Below the pieces are notes generated by a model, which made no database searches, was not told the DNA's origin, and saw nothing but the letters and a program-made list of their open reading frames with translations. A program made the translations under genes and the position numbers. Shown here one piece after another: positions 1-11,696 of a DNA stretch of 64,000 bases; the first letter of the stretch is position 1, and every line of letters begins with the position of its first letter. Source of the DNA: Octopus sinensis (Eukaryota); assembly GCF_006345805.1 (NCBI RefSeq), contig NC_043011.1:51968464-52032463 (forward strand), given 5' to 3'.

Positions 1-143
1 GGTGGGGATTGATGACAAGAAGGACATCCAACTGGAGAAACTCTGCTTCAGTGAAATCTATCAGACCTATGCAAACATGTGAAGTGAACAGATGTTGAAA
101 TAATGCAGTAATTTTATTATTTTCTTGGGCAGAACATGTTATT

Positions 144-384
144 CTCTACCTGCGACGATTTCATCTCAATCGAAGGAGAGGAGCTTTCTCCGTCCGGGTT
201 GCGGATCCGTGGAACAAGCTGCCAGACGAGATGGTGAAGATGCCGACGACTGCTTTGTTCAAAGCCTCCCTTGACCTCAAGTGGCCTGAACTCTTTACAT
301 GAACACCACCCTGTACTTAACTCCATGTCCCCCTACATGGCCTTGCTATTTGCTTTTGAGCCAAATTAACTAACTAACTAACTA
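144..384 (+). mobile_element. CR1/L2-type LINE, 5'-truncated 3' end
   Basis: 144-302 reads LYLRRFHLNRRRGAFSVRVADPWNKLPDEMVKMPTTALFKASLDLKWPELFT*, the FS.RV..WN.LP...FK..LD ORF2 terminus; short 3' UTR and (TAAC)4 tail at 367-384. Confidence 0.85.
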
Positions 385-1057
385 TGTTACCATAGTTAAC
401 CAGATTGTTTAATGCAAGCACAGGCATCATTTTTCAAGAAGCAGGCCACATGAGACATGGCTCATTGTCAGGCAGGCCAATTTACTGTATATGTATGAAT
501 GTCAGTCATGGGTTATGAATCACTAAAGTTTTAAGTATGTATGAGACTAGAATTATGAAGTTGATACATTCAGTCTGGTCTAGCTCAGTCCTAAGCAAAA
601 CATGGAGTTGTCCAGGACTAGAGTTATATAAGTGGATATGCGTGAGCAACATGATCTAGTCCTCTTAGCCCTGTGATGAAAAGCATATGTCTTTTTTTTT
701 TTTTTTGTATTTTCCCTGCAGGCATTGTGAATATTTAAGACTCTTTTGTCAAATGTGTCCTTTGTTTTTAAAATAGCTGAGAGTTATATAAGGGGCACTT
801 GGTTACTACTTTTAGTGAACTCTCTTATATTTGGTCTTATATCTCAGCATAGTAGGATCTAAAAACTAAATGTGTATCCATGGAATTATGAAGTAGCCGG
901 ATGACATTGTTCAATCTGATCTAGCTTCTCAGCATTGTCCAAATTGAGTATAGTTCCATAACTCATATCTAGCTTAGTTTCTATGCTGAAGTAAAAAGAG
1001 AATCCTGACAGTTCAGGTCAAACCTTTTATCTAAAGGGGAAAATAATGCTTTTAAAA

Positions 1058-1273
1058 CCCTTTAGCATTCACATTACTCTGTCAAATGTAATGTTTATTC
1101 ATTCTTATTGTTTTTAATTAATTGTGCATTATCTCATAACTTTGAGATTTCGATAATATGAATTTTTACTTTTAGAATAACATTCTAGGATAGGTGTGAG
1201 AGGCCAGATCTGGCTGGTTCAAACATAAAACAGAATAATAGGGTTGAATATGGCTGGTTTGGATACTAAAGGA
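1058..1273. mobile_element. piggyBac-like MITE
   Basis: Ends CCCTTTAGCATTC / GGATACTAAAGGA followed by TTAA; internal sequence matches the copy at 55449-56057. Confidence 0.75.
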
Positions 1274-1676
1274 TTAAAGAATTTGAGATTTTACTGAGAA
1301 AGAATACTCTACATCATACAAACTTTAATGAAAAAAGGTGACAGATTAGAAGAACTGTTAGAGCAGCAGCGGAATAACTTGCAGTATTTGTTCCAGCTGT
1401 TTACATTGAGTTCATATCTTGTCAAGATCAAATTTGTCTTTCATTGATCTGGGCTTCATGAAGTAAAGTACCAGTCCAAGAGGATTGAGGGGCAGAAATA
1501 TTAGAACATGGATAAAAACTGCCTTGCAGTATTTATTCTGACTGTCTGTGTTCTGAGTTGACTTGCAATGACATTGGTGCCAAGCTGAATCAGTACCGAC
1601 CTTTCCTTTGGACTACATTGGTGATGGGGGAGAGACTTGCTGCTTGGGCAATTACTGGTCTTTCATGAAAAAAGTA

Positions 1677-2079
1677 AGCTCAGGAGTGGCTGTGTGGTAA
1701 GTAGCTTGCTTACCAACCACATGGTTCCGGGTTCATTCCCACTGCATGGCACCTTGGGCAAGTGTCTTCTACTATAGCCTCGGGCCGACCAAAACCTTGT
1801 GAGTGGATTTGGTAGATGAAAACTGAAGGAAGCCCGTCGTATAATGTATATATAAATATGTATGTGTGTGTGTATATGTTTGTGTGTCTGTGTTTGTACC
1901 CCCACCATCGCTTGACAACTGATGGTGGTGTGTTTATGTCCCCGTAGCTTAGCAGTTCAGCAAAATAGACCTATAGAATAAGTACTAGGCTTACAAAGAA
2001 TAACTCCTGGGGTTGATTTGCTCAACTAAAGGCAGTGCTCCAGCATGGCCACAGTCAAATGACTGAAACAAGTAAGAGT
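1677..2079 (+). mobile_element. tRNA-derived SINE family A, full length
   Basis: Head with A-box (TGGCTGTGTGG) and B-box (GGTTCA.TCCC) like motifs, internal (TA/TG)n, tail GACTGAAACAAGTAAGAG; many copies in the window. Confidence 0.85.
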
Positions 2080-2739
2080 TATGTTATGAAAAGAAGAATT
2101 CAAAGTGCAGAAAAACAGTAAATTTTTCTGAGACCATTTGAGGCTTAATGTATAAACTTAACTGAATTTGAAATCTTCACTGGAGGACTTTTACCATTGC
2201 AGACCAATACTGTCAATAACCGCTACTATTGACCACCACTACATACCACCATAACTGACCACTATTACACTATTACTACTGACCACTGCTATACAACACC
2301 ACTGTATACTCTCACTAGACATCACTACTAGTAGTTTCCTTGGGGACTCTGAGTTTCTTTTTATTTTTTATTTTTGGCTTTTGGCTTTTTTATTTTTATG
2401 CACATCTAGTATTTTTTCTCCAGTCTAAAATTGACTTGTCCAGTCTGGTCTGAGACCTAATTGCAGGAATTTAGAGTCTGCATCTGCACTTCTTCTCCAC
2501 CCACCCCCCCGACCATCACCACCAACCTACTCACTACACACCTCTTCCCACCCGCCCGCCCACCCACCCATCCATCCCCACCTCCACCGTCTTCTAACTG
2601 TCTAGATAAATTATAGTGTTGTTTATGTAACTTGCTGGCTAGTGGTGTATGTGTGTGGGGGTGGGGTGGGGTGGGAAAGAAGTCTCTAAACTCAAACTTT
2701 ATCTTCCTCACATCTTTTTTTCTTCATCTCCACTTCTCT

Positions 2740-2788
<49 letters not shown>

Positions 2789-2853
2789 GACAATTGGTAG
2801 TGTTTAAAGAATAAATGATTCCTTTGCAATATCTCTGATGAAAATTAATGTCT

Positions 2854-2895
<42 letters not shown>

Positions 2896-4287
2896 TCATT
2901 CTCACAATATACGCATTTACACTCAGTCTCATTTGTACACACCCTCTCACAAGTACACATCAATCCATGCACATATACTCACACAAACGCACGCTTTCTC
3001 TCTCTCTCTCCCTCTGTCATTCTCTTTCTCTGCTCCCCCTCTCCTTCCTTCTCTCTCACCTTCCCCCGTTCCAACATCACACATACCATATTATTTTCTT
3101 CTGGAGATAGGAGGGGCTGGTGTGGGTACAGAATATGTGTGTGTGTGTGTATGTGTGTGTTTGTGAGTAAGTTTTTGAGTGTGTGAATCTGTTTAAGCAT
3201 GCTTGCAAATAGAATTGCGTGCGTGTGGGTGTATCTGGAGAAAAAAGTAAAGCTTTCCTTCATTACTAGATGTGTTTCTACATACATTACAAACAGTGCG
3301 TGGTGCACTCACTCACACACACACACACACACACACACACGCAATAATATAACATGCACATAATGATTGTTGTTGTTGATGATGATGATGATGATGTGGG
3401 AGGGAGTATGCCCATTATTCATTCACTATTATTTAATTCGCAAGACAGAAAGCATATGTCCACTGTATGACAGGTACAACAGCATCGGCATTATTTACAA
3501 CAACAGCAACAACAACAACAACAACAAAGACTACAGTTACTGATGCTACTTAGCTTCCACAGTAAAAGTTACAACCACCATCACTGCTGCCACCACCACC
3601 ACTACCGTCATCACAACTTCAACCACCACTGATGTAGAAATCACCATGAAAACCAGCATCACCATAACAAACACTAACAGCAAAGCTTATCATATTAGCC
3701 ATCAATAGAGGCTATATAGCACAAGTCATCAACACTACCACAACCAGCACCACAACAATAACAAAATTGGTATAACAACAACAAACACTACAGCTGGTAC
3801 TACAACGTCAATGACAAAACAAAAACACATCCTGTATCTCAATGACATCGATAACCACAACAACAACAGTGTCACAGTTTGTTGGCACACAACTGCATCA
3901 GTGCCACCAACGCAGCCAGTACTCCAACCATTGCATTTAGTGTCACAACAATAAGCACAATGACATTAATAATCGCGACTAGATTAATGTTGTAGTATTA
4001 ACCACCATTTTGACCAGTTGTACAACCACCACCTTAACCCAAACCACAACAACGATGCAGATATCAGAACAACCACCACTATAACCCAAACTACAACAAT
4101 GATGCAGATATCAGAAAAACCACCACTATAGCCAGTACTACAACATCAATAACAGCCACTACAACAAATGACACAATAGACACAACCACGTCAATACCCC
4201 AATATTTACCACCAACACCGCCAATGCCCCTATCTGTACCACCGCCATCACCATGATCACAACCAGTACAACATCAGCCAATACAAA

Positions 4288-5073
4288 TATCGGTACCACT
4301 GAGGAAGCCTGTCTGTAGTAGCTTGAGCTGTTAAAAATAGCAGCCAGATATTCCTCGAAGTTCACCCCATTATCTTAAGAATTAATTGAGTATACTTGTT
4401 AACTCAGTCCTGATATAGAATAAAACAGAAAAGATGGGATGGTCAAATAGCTGTTGGCCAATAGAGATTTGTCCCAGATAGCCATAACAATTCAACACAT
4501 AGCACTAAAATACCTATTTCTTTACTACCCACAAGGGGCTAAACACAGAGAGGACAAACAAGGACAGACAAACAGATTAAGTCGATTATATCGACCCCCA
4601 GTGCGTAACTGGTACTTATTTAATCAACCCCAAAAGGATGAAAGGCAAAGTCGACCTCGGCGGAATTTGAACTCAGAACGTATCGGTACCACTGAGGAAG
4701 CCTGTCTGTAGTAGCTTGAGCTGTTAAAAATAGCAGCCAGATATTCCTCGAAGTTCACCCCATTATCTTAAGAATTAATTGAGTATACTTGTTAACTCAG
4801 TCCTGATATAGAATAAAACAGAAAAGATGGGATGGTCAAATAGCTGTTGGCCAATAGAGATTTGTCCCAGATAGCCATAACAATTCAACACATAGCACTA
4901 AAATACCTATTTCTTTACTACCCACAAGGGGCTAAACACAGAGAGGACAAACAAGGACAGACAAACAGATTAAGTCGATTATATCGACCCCCAGTGCGTA
5001 ACTGGTACTTATTTAATCAACCCCAAAAGGATGAAAGGCAAAGTCGACCTTGGCGGAATTTGAACTCAGAACG
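4288..5073. repeat. Direct tandem duplication, 2 x 393 bp
   Basis: 4288-4680 and 4681-5073 are identical except one C/T difference seen in GACC(T)CGG/GACC(T)TGG; explains the twin ORFs 4454 and 4847. Confidence 0.95.
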
Positions 5074-5143
5074 TAACGGCAGACGAAATACGGCTAAGCA
5101 TCTCGCCCGGCGTGCTAACGTTTATGCCAGCTCGCCGCCTTAT
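4908..5143 (-). mobile_element. tRNA-derived SINE family B, full length with 16-bp target-site duplication
   Basis: Head GGCGGCGAGCTGGCA..., B-box GAGTTCAAATTCC; flanked by ATAGCACTAAAATACC at 4892-4907 and 5144-5159. Confidence 0.9.
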
Positions 5144-5778
5144 ATAGCACTAAAATACCAATACTCCATATAGTTTGTGTCAGAGTACCAGTGTTATTAT
5201 CTGCTCTCAGATTCAATAGGTAAATTTTACAAAATATCAATACTGTATCTACATTTGTGTATAAGTTGATCCCCTCTCTTACATAAAATAATCTTTGTTC
5301 AATTCTTGGCTCACATTTAAGCCACAGTCTGTATTTATCAATACTGCTTATGTATTGCTAAAATTTCATCAAAATATACAAAACTAAACATAAAATCCCA
5401 CCTTCCCACGCCATAATATAATATATTTGAATAAAACATTATGTGAATATATCCTTTGGGAGCTCATAACAAATTAAACCCATGTTAATGAACTCTTAAT
5501 TCTCTACATTATTTAATTATTCTATTTTGTTTATTTAATCCCATACAATTACAGTATAACTAAGCATTCGCTGGCTATTCTGGTGTACGTGGATACATTG
5601 TCTCTTTTTGTATTTTAATTTATTTTAATTATATCAAATATTATTTTCTGGTGTAAAACACGTTTGGAAGATTATCAAGGGACACAAGTTACATATCAGC
5701 ACAGTACAGACAATAGTACAATGCGAGTGTGTGGAACGGAGTTCTGTTCTACTTCCATATTCTATAATAATAATGATA

Positions 5779-5809
<31 letters not shown>

Positions 5810-5810
5810 T

Positions 5811-5970
5811 CCTTTCTACTATAGGCACAAGGCCTGAAATTCTGGGGTGTGAGGGTAGTCAATTACATTAACCCAAGTGCTCAACTGATATTTATTTTCT
5901 TGACCCTGAAAGGATGAAATGCTGTTAAGCATCTTGTCTGGTGTGCTAACTGTTCTGCCAGCTTCCCACC
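5811..5970 (-). mobile_element. SINE family B, internally deleted, (ATT)n tail
   Basis: Similarity to other family B heads and to the CAGGCCTTGTGCCTATAGTAGAAAGG tail. Confidence 0.75.
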
Positions 5971-5971
5971 T

Positions 5972-6168
5972 TACTCTTTACTCTTTTACTTGTTTCAGTC
6001 ATGTGACTGTGGCCATGCTGGAACACCGCCTTTAGTCAAGCAAATCGACCCCAGGACTTATTCTTTGTAAGCCTAGTACTTATTCTATCGGTCTCTTTTG
6101 CCGAACCGCTAAGTTACGGGGACGCAAACACACTAGCATCGGTTGTCAAGTAATGTTGGAGGGGACAA

Positions 6169-6201
<33 letters not shown>

Positions 6202-6372
6202 CATATATACGATGGGCTTCTTTCAGTTTCTGTCTACCAAATCCACTCACAAGTCTTTGGTCGGCCCAAGGCTATAGTAGAAGACACTTGCCCAAGTTGC
6301 CACACAGTGGGACTGAACCTGGAGCCATGTGGTTCGTAAGCAAGCTACTTACCACACAACCACTCCTATGCC
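5972..6372 (-). mobile_element. SINE family A, full length
   Basis: Reverse complement of the 1677-2079 element along its length. Confidence 0.88.
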
Positions 6373-6418
<46 letters not shown>

Positions 6419-6549
6419 GACACATAAAGTGTGGGGGTTTACATATAATGAAATAAAAAACAAAACAGAAAGTAAGTATACATGGCATTCACTGAAAAAG
6501 AAGGTACATATGCATAGCATGCAAAGGTAAAAAAAAAAGAAAAAAAAGC

Positions 6550-6820
6550 AGGGAGGGTGATAGAGATGTGGTTCTCTTGATATAGGAAGGCCTCTAGGAG
6601 TAATCAAGGAACCCCACTGACTGAAATTTGCCTGAAATCCCAAGAGCAAGTGCCTTCTCCAATTCCTTCTTTCCTACTCACAGATCTACACTTAGAAAGG
6701 TACCATCCACTCTTGCCATTTTCGCAACTTTTACCCACCTTTCAATAAACTCACTCGAGGACAGCACTTCCCTCTCCACTCTCAGTTCCCTTTTCAAGTG
6801 AAACTTGAAGAAGTCAATCG
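6550..6820 (-). mobile_element. Tx1/L1-like LINE ORF2 C-terminus and 3' UTR fragment
   Basis: 6818-6678 reads IDFFKFHLKRELRVEREVLSSSEFIERWVKVAKMARVDGTFLSVDL*, resembling the Tx1-type FF...L....R.ER..L....F...W terminus. Confidence 0.6.
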
Positions 6821-7289
6821 TAGACTATAACTGTAATTCATAGATTTGGCCTTGTCACATACTGTGTAACATTGGTTCTTCGTTAACAGAAACAAGTATC
6901 TGTAGAATACTCTGTACTTACACTATAGATATGTCATCCTCAAGCAGTTGCAACTAAGATACATTTCACTAAGCCACTCCAGGAATCTCTGTTTCCCCTT
7001 TAGCTGTGGTACATTCTTAATTTCATGTTTTGTGTCTCTGCAAATTACATCGGTGAATATATGAGTGATTTTCATTTTCTATTAGTGTGGAGGTTTCCAA
7101 AATATAGCAACTGATAAGATGTTCAGCACAGTAGGAATGACCTGGAAACCCTACTCTGTCTTGAGCAACAATAGATGGGTAGAGTGTCTCCTTAAATCTC
7201 CTCTTTGCTGTTGTGTTCATGTCAAGGGATGTTTTGAACCCTAAGAAACCTAGAGAATATATATATATATAATATATATATATATATAT

Positions 7290-7688
7290 CATCATCATCA
7301 TCATTTAACGTCCACTTTCCATGCTAGCATGGGTTGGACGGTTCAACTGGGGTCTGGGAAGCCCGAAGGCTGCACCAGGCCAGTCAGATCTGGCAGTGTT
7401 TCTACAGCTGGATGCCTTTCCTAACGCCAACCACTCCGAGAGTGTAGTGGCTGATTTTATGTGCCACCGACACAGGTGCCAGACGAGGCTGGCGAACAGC
7501 CACGCTCCGATGGTGTTTTTTATGTGCTGGCGAACGGCCACGATCGGATGGTGTTTGTTACGTGCCCACAGCACGGAGGCCAGTCGATGCGGTACTGGCT
7601 ACGGCCACGTTCGGATGGTTTTCTTATGTGCCACCGGCACCACAAAGATACAAATTCCATTGATGTTCATCGATTTTGATTTGGTTTG

Positions 7689-7691
<3 letters not shown>
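7290..7691 (-). mobile_element. Family C modular retroposon with (GAT)n tail
   Basis: Shared 3' block GGAGTGGTTGGCGTTAGGAAAGGCATCCAGCTGTAGAAAC...CCCATGCTAGCATGG and repeated GGTGGCACRTAAAA modules. Confidence 0.85.
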
Positions 7692-7732
<41 letters not shown>

Positions 7733-7962
7733 CAATAAGAAAATGGAGGGGATCAACAGGTGGTTCAACAACTTTTAGACATTATATTATGTTAACTTAT
7801 TTATTTATTTACTAAACTGATAATTACAATAATATACATACATATAACATATTATGGATTACATATAAGATATAAAATATAGTAATATATAAGGATACCA
7901 GTAATTATTATAAAATAACAAATATGAATATAAATTGGGAAAATAACTTACAGCTGTTTCAG

Positions 7963-8022
<60 letters not shown>

Positions 8023-8764
8023 GTTGCTTCTTCACAGTCTAGTTTTGCTGTTCCATAGAGGAGAATCCTCCCTACTCACACTTTGAAGAAGGTTAGTCTT
8101 GTTCATTTTGAAATACTCAATTGCTAGTTGTTGTGAAGTATGTTTGAAGCACTTCAGCTTTGTCCTCTGCATGTCAGGAATTCATTTTTCTCTGTCAGCT
8201 TCATTGGACCTAAGATACTTAAGCATTTTTATACCAACCTAAACAAGACTAACCCTGATTCTATGATACAAATTTCCTGTTTTTAAGTGATCTAAATTAA
8301 AACCTATAAAAATTTCATGGTGATATATGTTCAAAACAGCAGCTTAGTAATGACGCAGTTATTTTTACTAAATCTTTCATTACTTTTTAAATTAATTGAA
8401 AGAAAGTTTTAATAGAAATATAGTGACAAAAGGGTTATAGTCTTTGCCCGCCTTCAGTTTTTCGAATACTGATACACTATATTTCAACAAGTAAATGGTT
8501 CCATATGTCAAACCACTGGAATGCTCATTGCTAAAATGGACACACTATCCGTTTTCCTGTAGAGTATTGAGAAACCAAATATATTCTGAATATTGATGAT
8601 ATTCCACAATCCCCTCTTTGATCCTCACTTCAATACCATAGAAGTCATTTCTTGCTTCAGTTGTGCATCATACACTTATTTATACAATAACTCATTTCAC
8701 CTTGCTGCCAGGAATAGTTTACAAAGTGATCAGTCATGTTTATCTTCAAAATTCTACTATCCTA

Positions 8765-8985
8765 AGGTGGCGAGCTGGCAGAATTGTTAGTGTGCCAGGC
8801 AAAATACTTATTGGCATTTCATCCATCATTATGTTCTCAGTTCAAATCCTACCAGGATTGACTTTGCTTTTCATCCTTTCAGGGTCGATAAAATAAGTAC
8901 CAAGGGAAAACAGGAGTAGATGTAATCAACTTACCATCTCCCCAAAATTGCTGGCCTTGTGCCAAAATTTGAAACCAATATTCTA
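8765..8985 (+). mobile_element. SINE family B
   Basis: GGTGGCGAGCTGGCAGAA head, TCAGTTCAAATCC B-box, conserved CTTTCATCCTTTC core. Confidence 0.8.
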
Positions 8986-9209
8986 CTATCCAACTCATGT
9001 GTAAGATCTCGCTTTCATTCACTCAGTACAACGTAACTGGAGTTAAGTACCAGTTATATCCCTCATCAACTATGATGATGGTAGTGGTTTTGATGGTGAT
9101 AGGGCTGGTGATGGTAATAACGTTGGTGGTTGTGATAATGGCAATAGTATTAATAATGGTATTAGTAGTATCAGTACTGCTACATTTCATGGTAGTAATA
9201 GTGTTAATA

Positions 9210-9375
9210 GGCGCGGGCATGGCTGTGTGGTTGGGGAGCTTGCTTCCTAGCTACATGGTTTCGGGTTCAGTCCCACTGCGTGGCACTTTGGGTAGGTGTC
9301 TTTCACTATAGCCCTGAGCCGACCGGAGCTTTGTGATTGAATTCGGTAGGTGGAAGTTACTGCCGTGTGTGTATG
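9210..9375 (+). mobile_element. SINE family A, 5' half
   Basis: GGCATGGCTGTGTGG...GGGTTCAGTCCCACTGCGTGGCAC. Confidence 0.75.
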
Positions 9376-10332
9376 TGTGCGTATAGCTGCTCAGTGCCTC
9401 TCCAAAAGAGAGAGAGGGAATACTATAGTTAGTGGAAGTGGTCATCATATTTGTAGTGGGTATAGTTTGTGGTTATGGTGGTGGTGGTAGTTGCAGTTGT
9501 AATATTATTGGTAGTGGGTATTAGCTAATGTGTTACTAGGATTGTTGTAGAAGTAGTTAGAAGCTGTCATATTGAGAGTGGTGGTAGAAGTATCAACAGT
9601 ATAAGTAGTAGCAATAGTTGTCATGGTGATAGTAGATACCCCTTTTTCATAATGAAATTGTTACGGGCCATCATGGCCACAGCTTCTGGCTGAAATACAT
9701 AAATATTTTCTCCTTCCTGTCTAAAAGACATTATCAGAAACTTCCCTGTGGAATGGAGGAAGGATTTTGTTGAGTGACAGTGGTGGAGTGGTTGTTTAAG
9801 ATTTCCATTCCAGTGAATTATCATAGTGATGATATCTGGCAGAGCACGCACATGTGTGTGAGTGTGCGAGTGTTTTACCTGTGTTTCTATATTTGTGTCT
9901 TGTACCCTGAACAGATGTGAAAATGGACCGTAGCAATTGTGAGATACTTATATATCATCAGCTTAGCTTAACTTTCTACATCTTTATCATCTTCTTCATA
10001 GCTAGGTAACCTATAGGAGATATATGTGTGTGTGTGTGTGGATAGATTTTTAAATAAATGACTAAAGCTGTCAGAGGAAAAGGCCTCTCTCCTGACAGTT
10101 ATTGTTTCTGAGTGTGTTAAAGTAATGAGAGTGGTTGGGTGAAAGAGAGAGAGAGGGCAGAGGAAGAGACTGTTCCTTGTGCAAAATTTTGATTGTTATT
10201 ACAAAACTGTAAGTTCGTTTTGGTTTTGCTTTTTTTTTTTGTTTGTTGATTCTGCTGCCAAATCTGTCATCACATTATAACGATTTGTTGATTACCTCTT
10301 CATTACAATAGGGTGTATGTGTTATATACATG

Positions 10333-10363
<31 letters not shown>

Positions 10364-10464
10364 TATATATATATATATGTGCCTTGTCTTGATTACATTG
10401 GGTGTGTATATATACCAGTCTTCATCACACTGTGTACCTCTGTGTATGTGTGTGTATATATATA

Positions 10465-10502
<38 letters not shown>

Positions 10503-11696
10503 CATACACACGCACACACATATATATTGCATATACATATGCACAATGTCTTCATTATATGGGCATGTGTGTGTGTGTGTGTATAAAACTTATCTTCATT
10601 ACATTCTGTGGTCTTTATACCATCTTCATCTTCATGTAGTTTGTTGTGTCAGTTGCTGTAAATATTCAATGCAATATATTTTATATCATGTGTACTTATT
10701 GCCACAAATGTTCATGTAATGAGTTCATTGCTCAACATACTTATTACTTTACATGTTCATTAGTGTGTTCATTGTCACGTGTTCATTACAGTGTGTTCAT
10801 TGTCACATGTTCATTACAATGTGTTCATCACAATATCTTCACTGTCACACATGTTCATCGCAGTGTCTTCGTTATTTAACATGTTGATTACTTTGTGTTT
10901 CATTAATTCACATTCATATGTTCATTTCCTCACACGTTCAGTGCAATATGTTCACTGCAGTTTATGCTTTGCCACACTACAAGTTTATTATCATACACAT
11001 TTAATACAGTGAGTTTCTTAAGCTTTGTAGTCCTTCTGTGTTCATAGATGTGTTTATCTACCACTAACATCATAACACTCCAACATAAACACCATATATC
11101 TATCTTATCACCACCGTCACAACCACCAGATCCACTGTAATGAAGATGTTGTATACCAACACAAACACAACGTTCACCAGTGACACCATCATCCCTACAT
11201 CCACCAGCACTATCATTATCATCACTGTCACCACAACAAATATGGCATACAACATTTCCATACCACATACATCTCCACCACTACATTCACTACCATCACC
11301 ACTATATATACCACCACCCACCACTACATCCACGTGCTCAGTCTACTAGAAATAGCAATTAAAATATAATTTGCTGTCTCAGAAAAGGAAAGCTACATTA
11401 GACAGTGTCTTCCCTAGTAAGCCAAAAGATATGATGGTCACAGTTGCAATGTCTTTGATCATAGGTTTGCTCAATCAGATTTGACTTGAAGCTAAACAGC
11501 AACAACATTTATTACCACCACACCCACCGTCTACATCACCACCATATCCACTACTACTGCCACCGTATCCACCATCAAACCATTACCAACATCACCACCA
11601 CCATCACTTTATCCATCCTCCCACTAACAACAACTAATATCATCACCATGAGTGCTCAAACTGCTAGAGATAAATCAAATCTCCTTCCTCTCCTTA

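Noticed and set aside
500-980. Faint recurring motifs GAATTATGAAGT and GATCTAGCT
   Set aside because: Too degenerate to define a period or family by eye.
1677-1750. tRNA-like A/B boxes here and in the other SINE heads
   Set aside because: No complete cloverleaf; each continues into a SINE body and tail, so they are not tRNA genes.
6820-7255. Extension of the Tx1-like fragment into ORF 7023-7304
   Set aside because: The translation shows no recognisable RT or zinc-knuckle motif.
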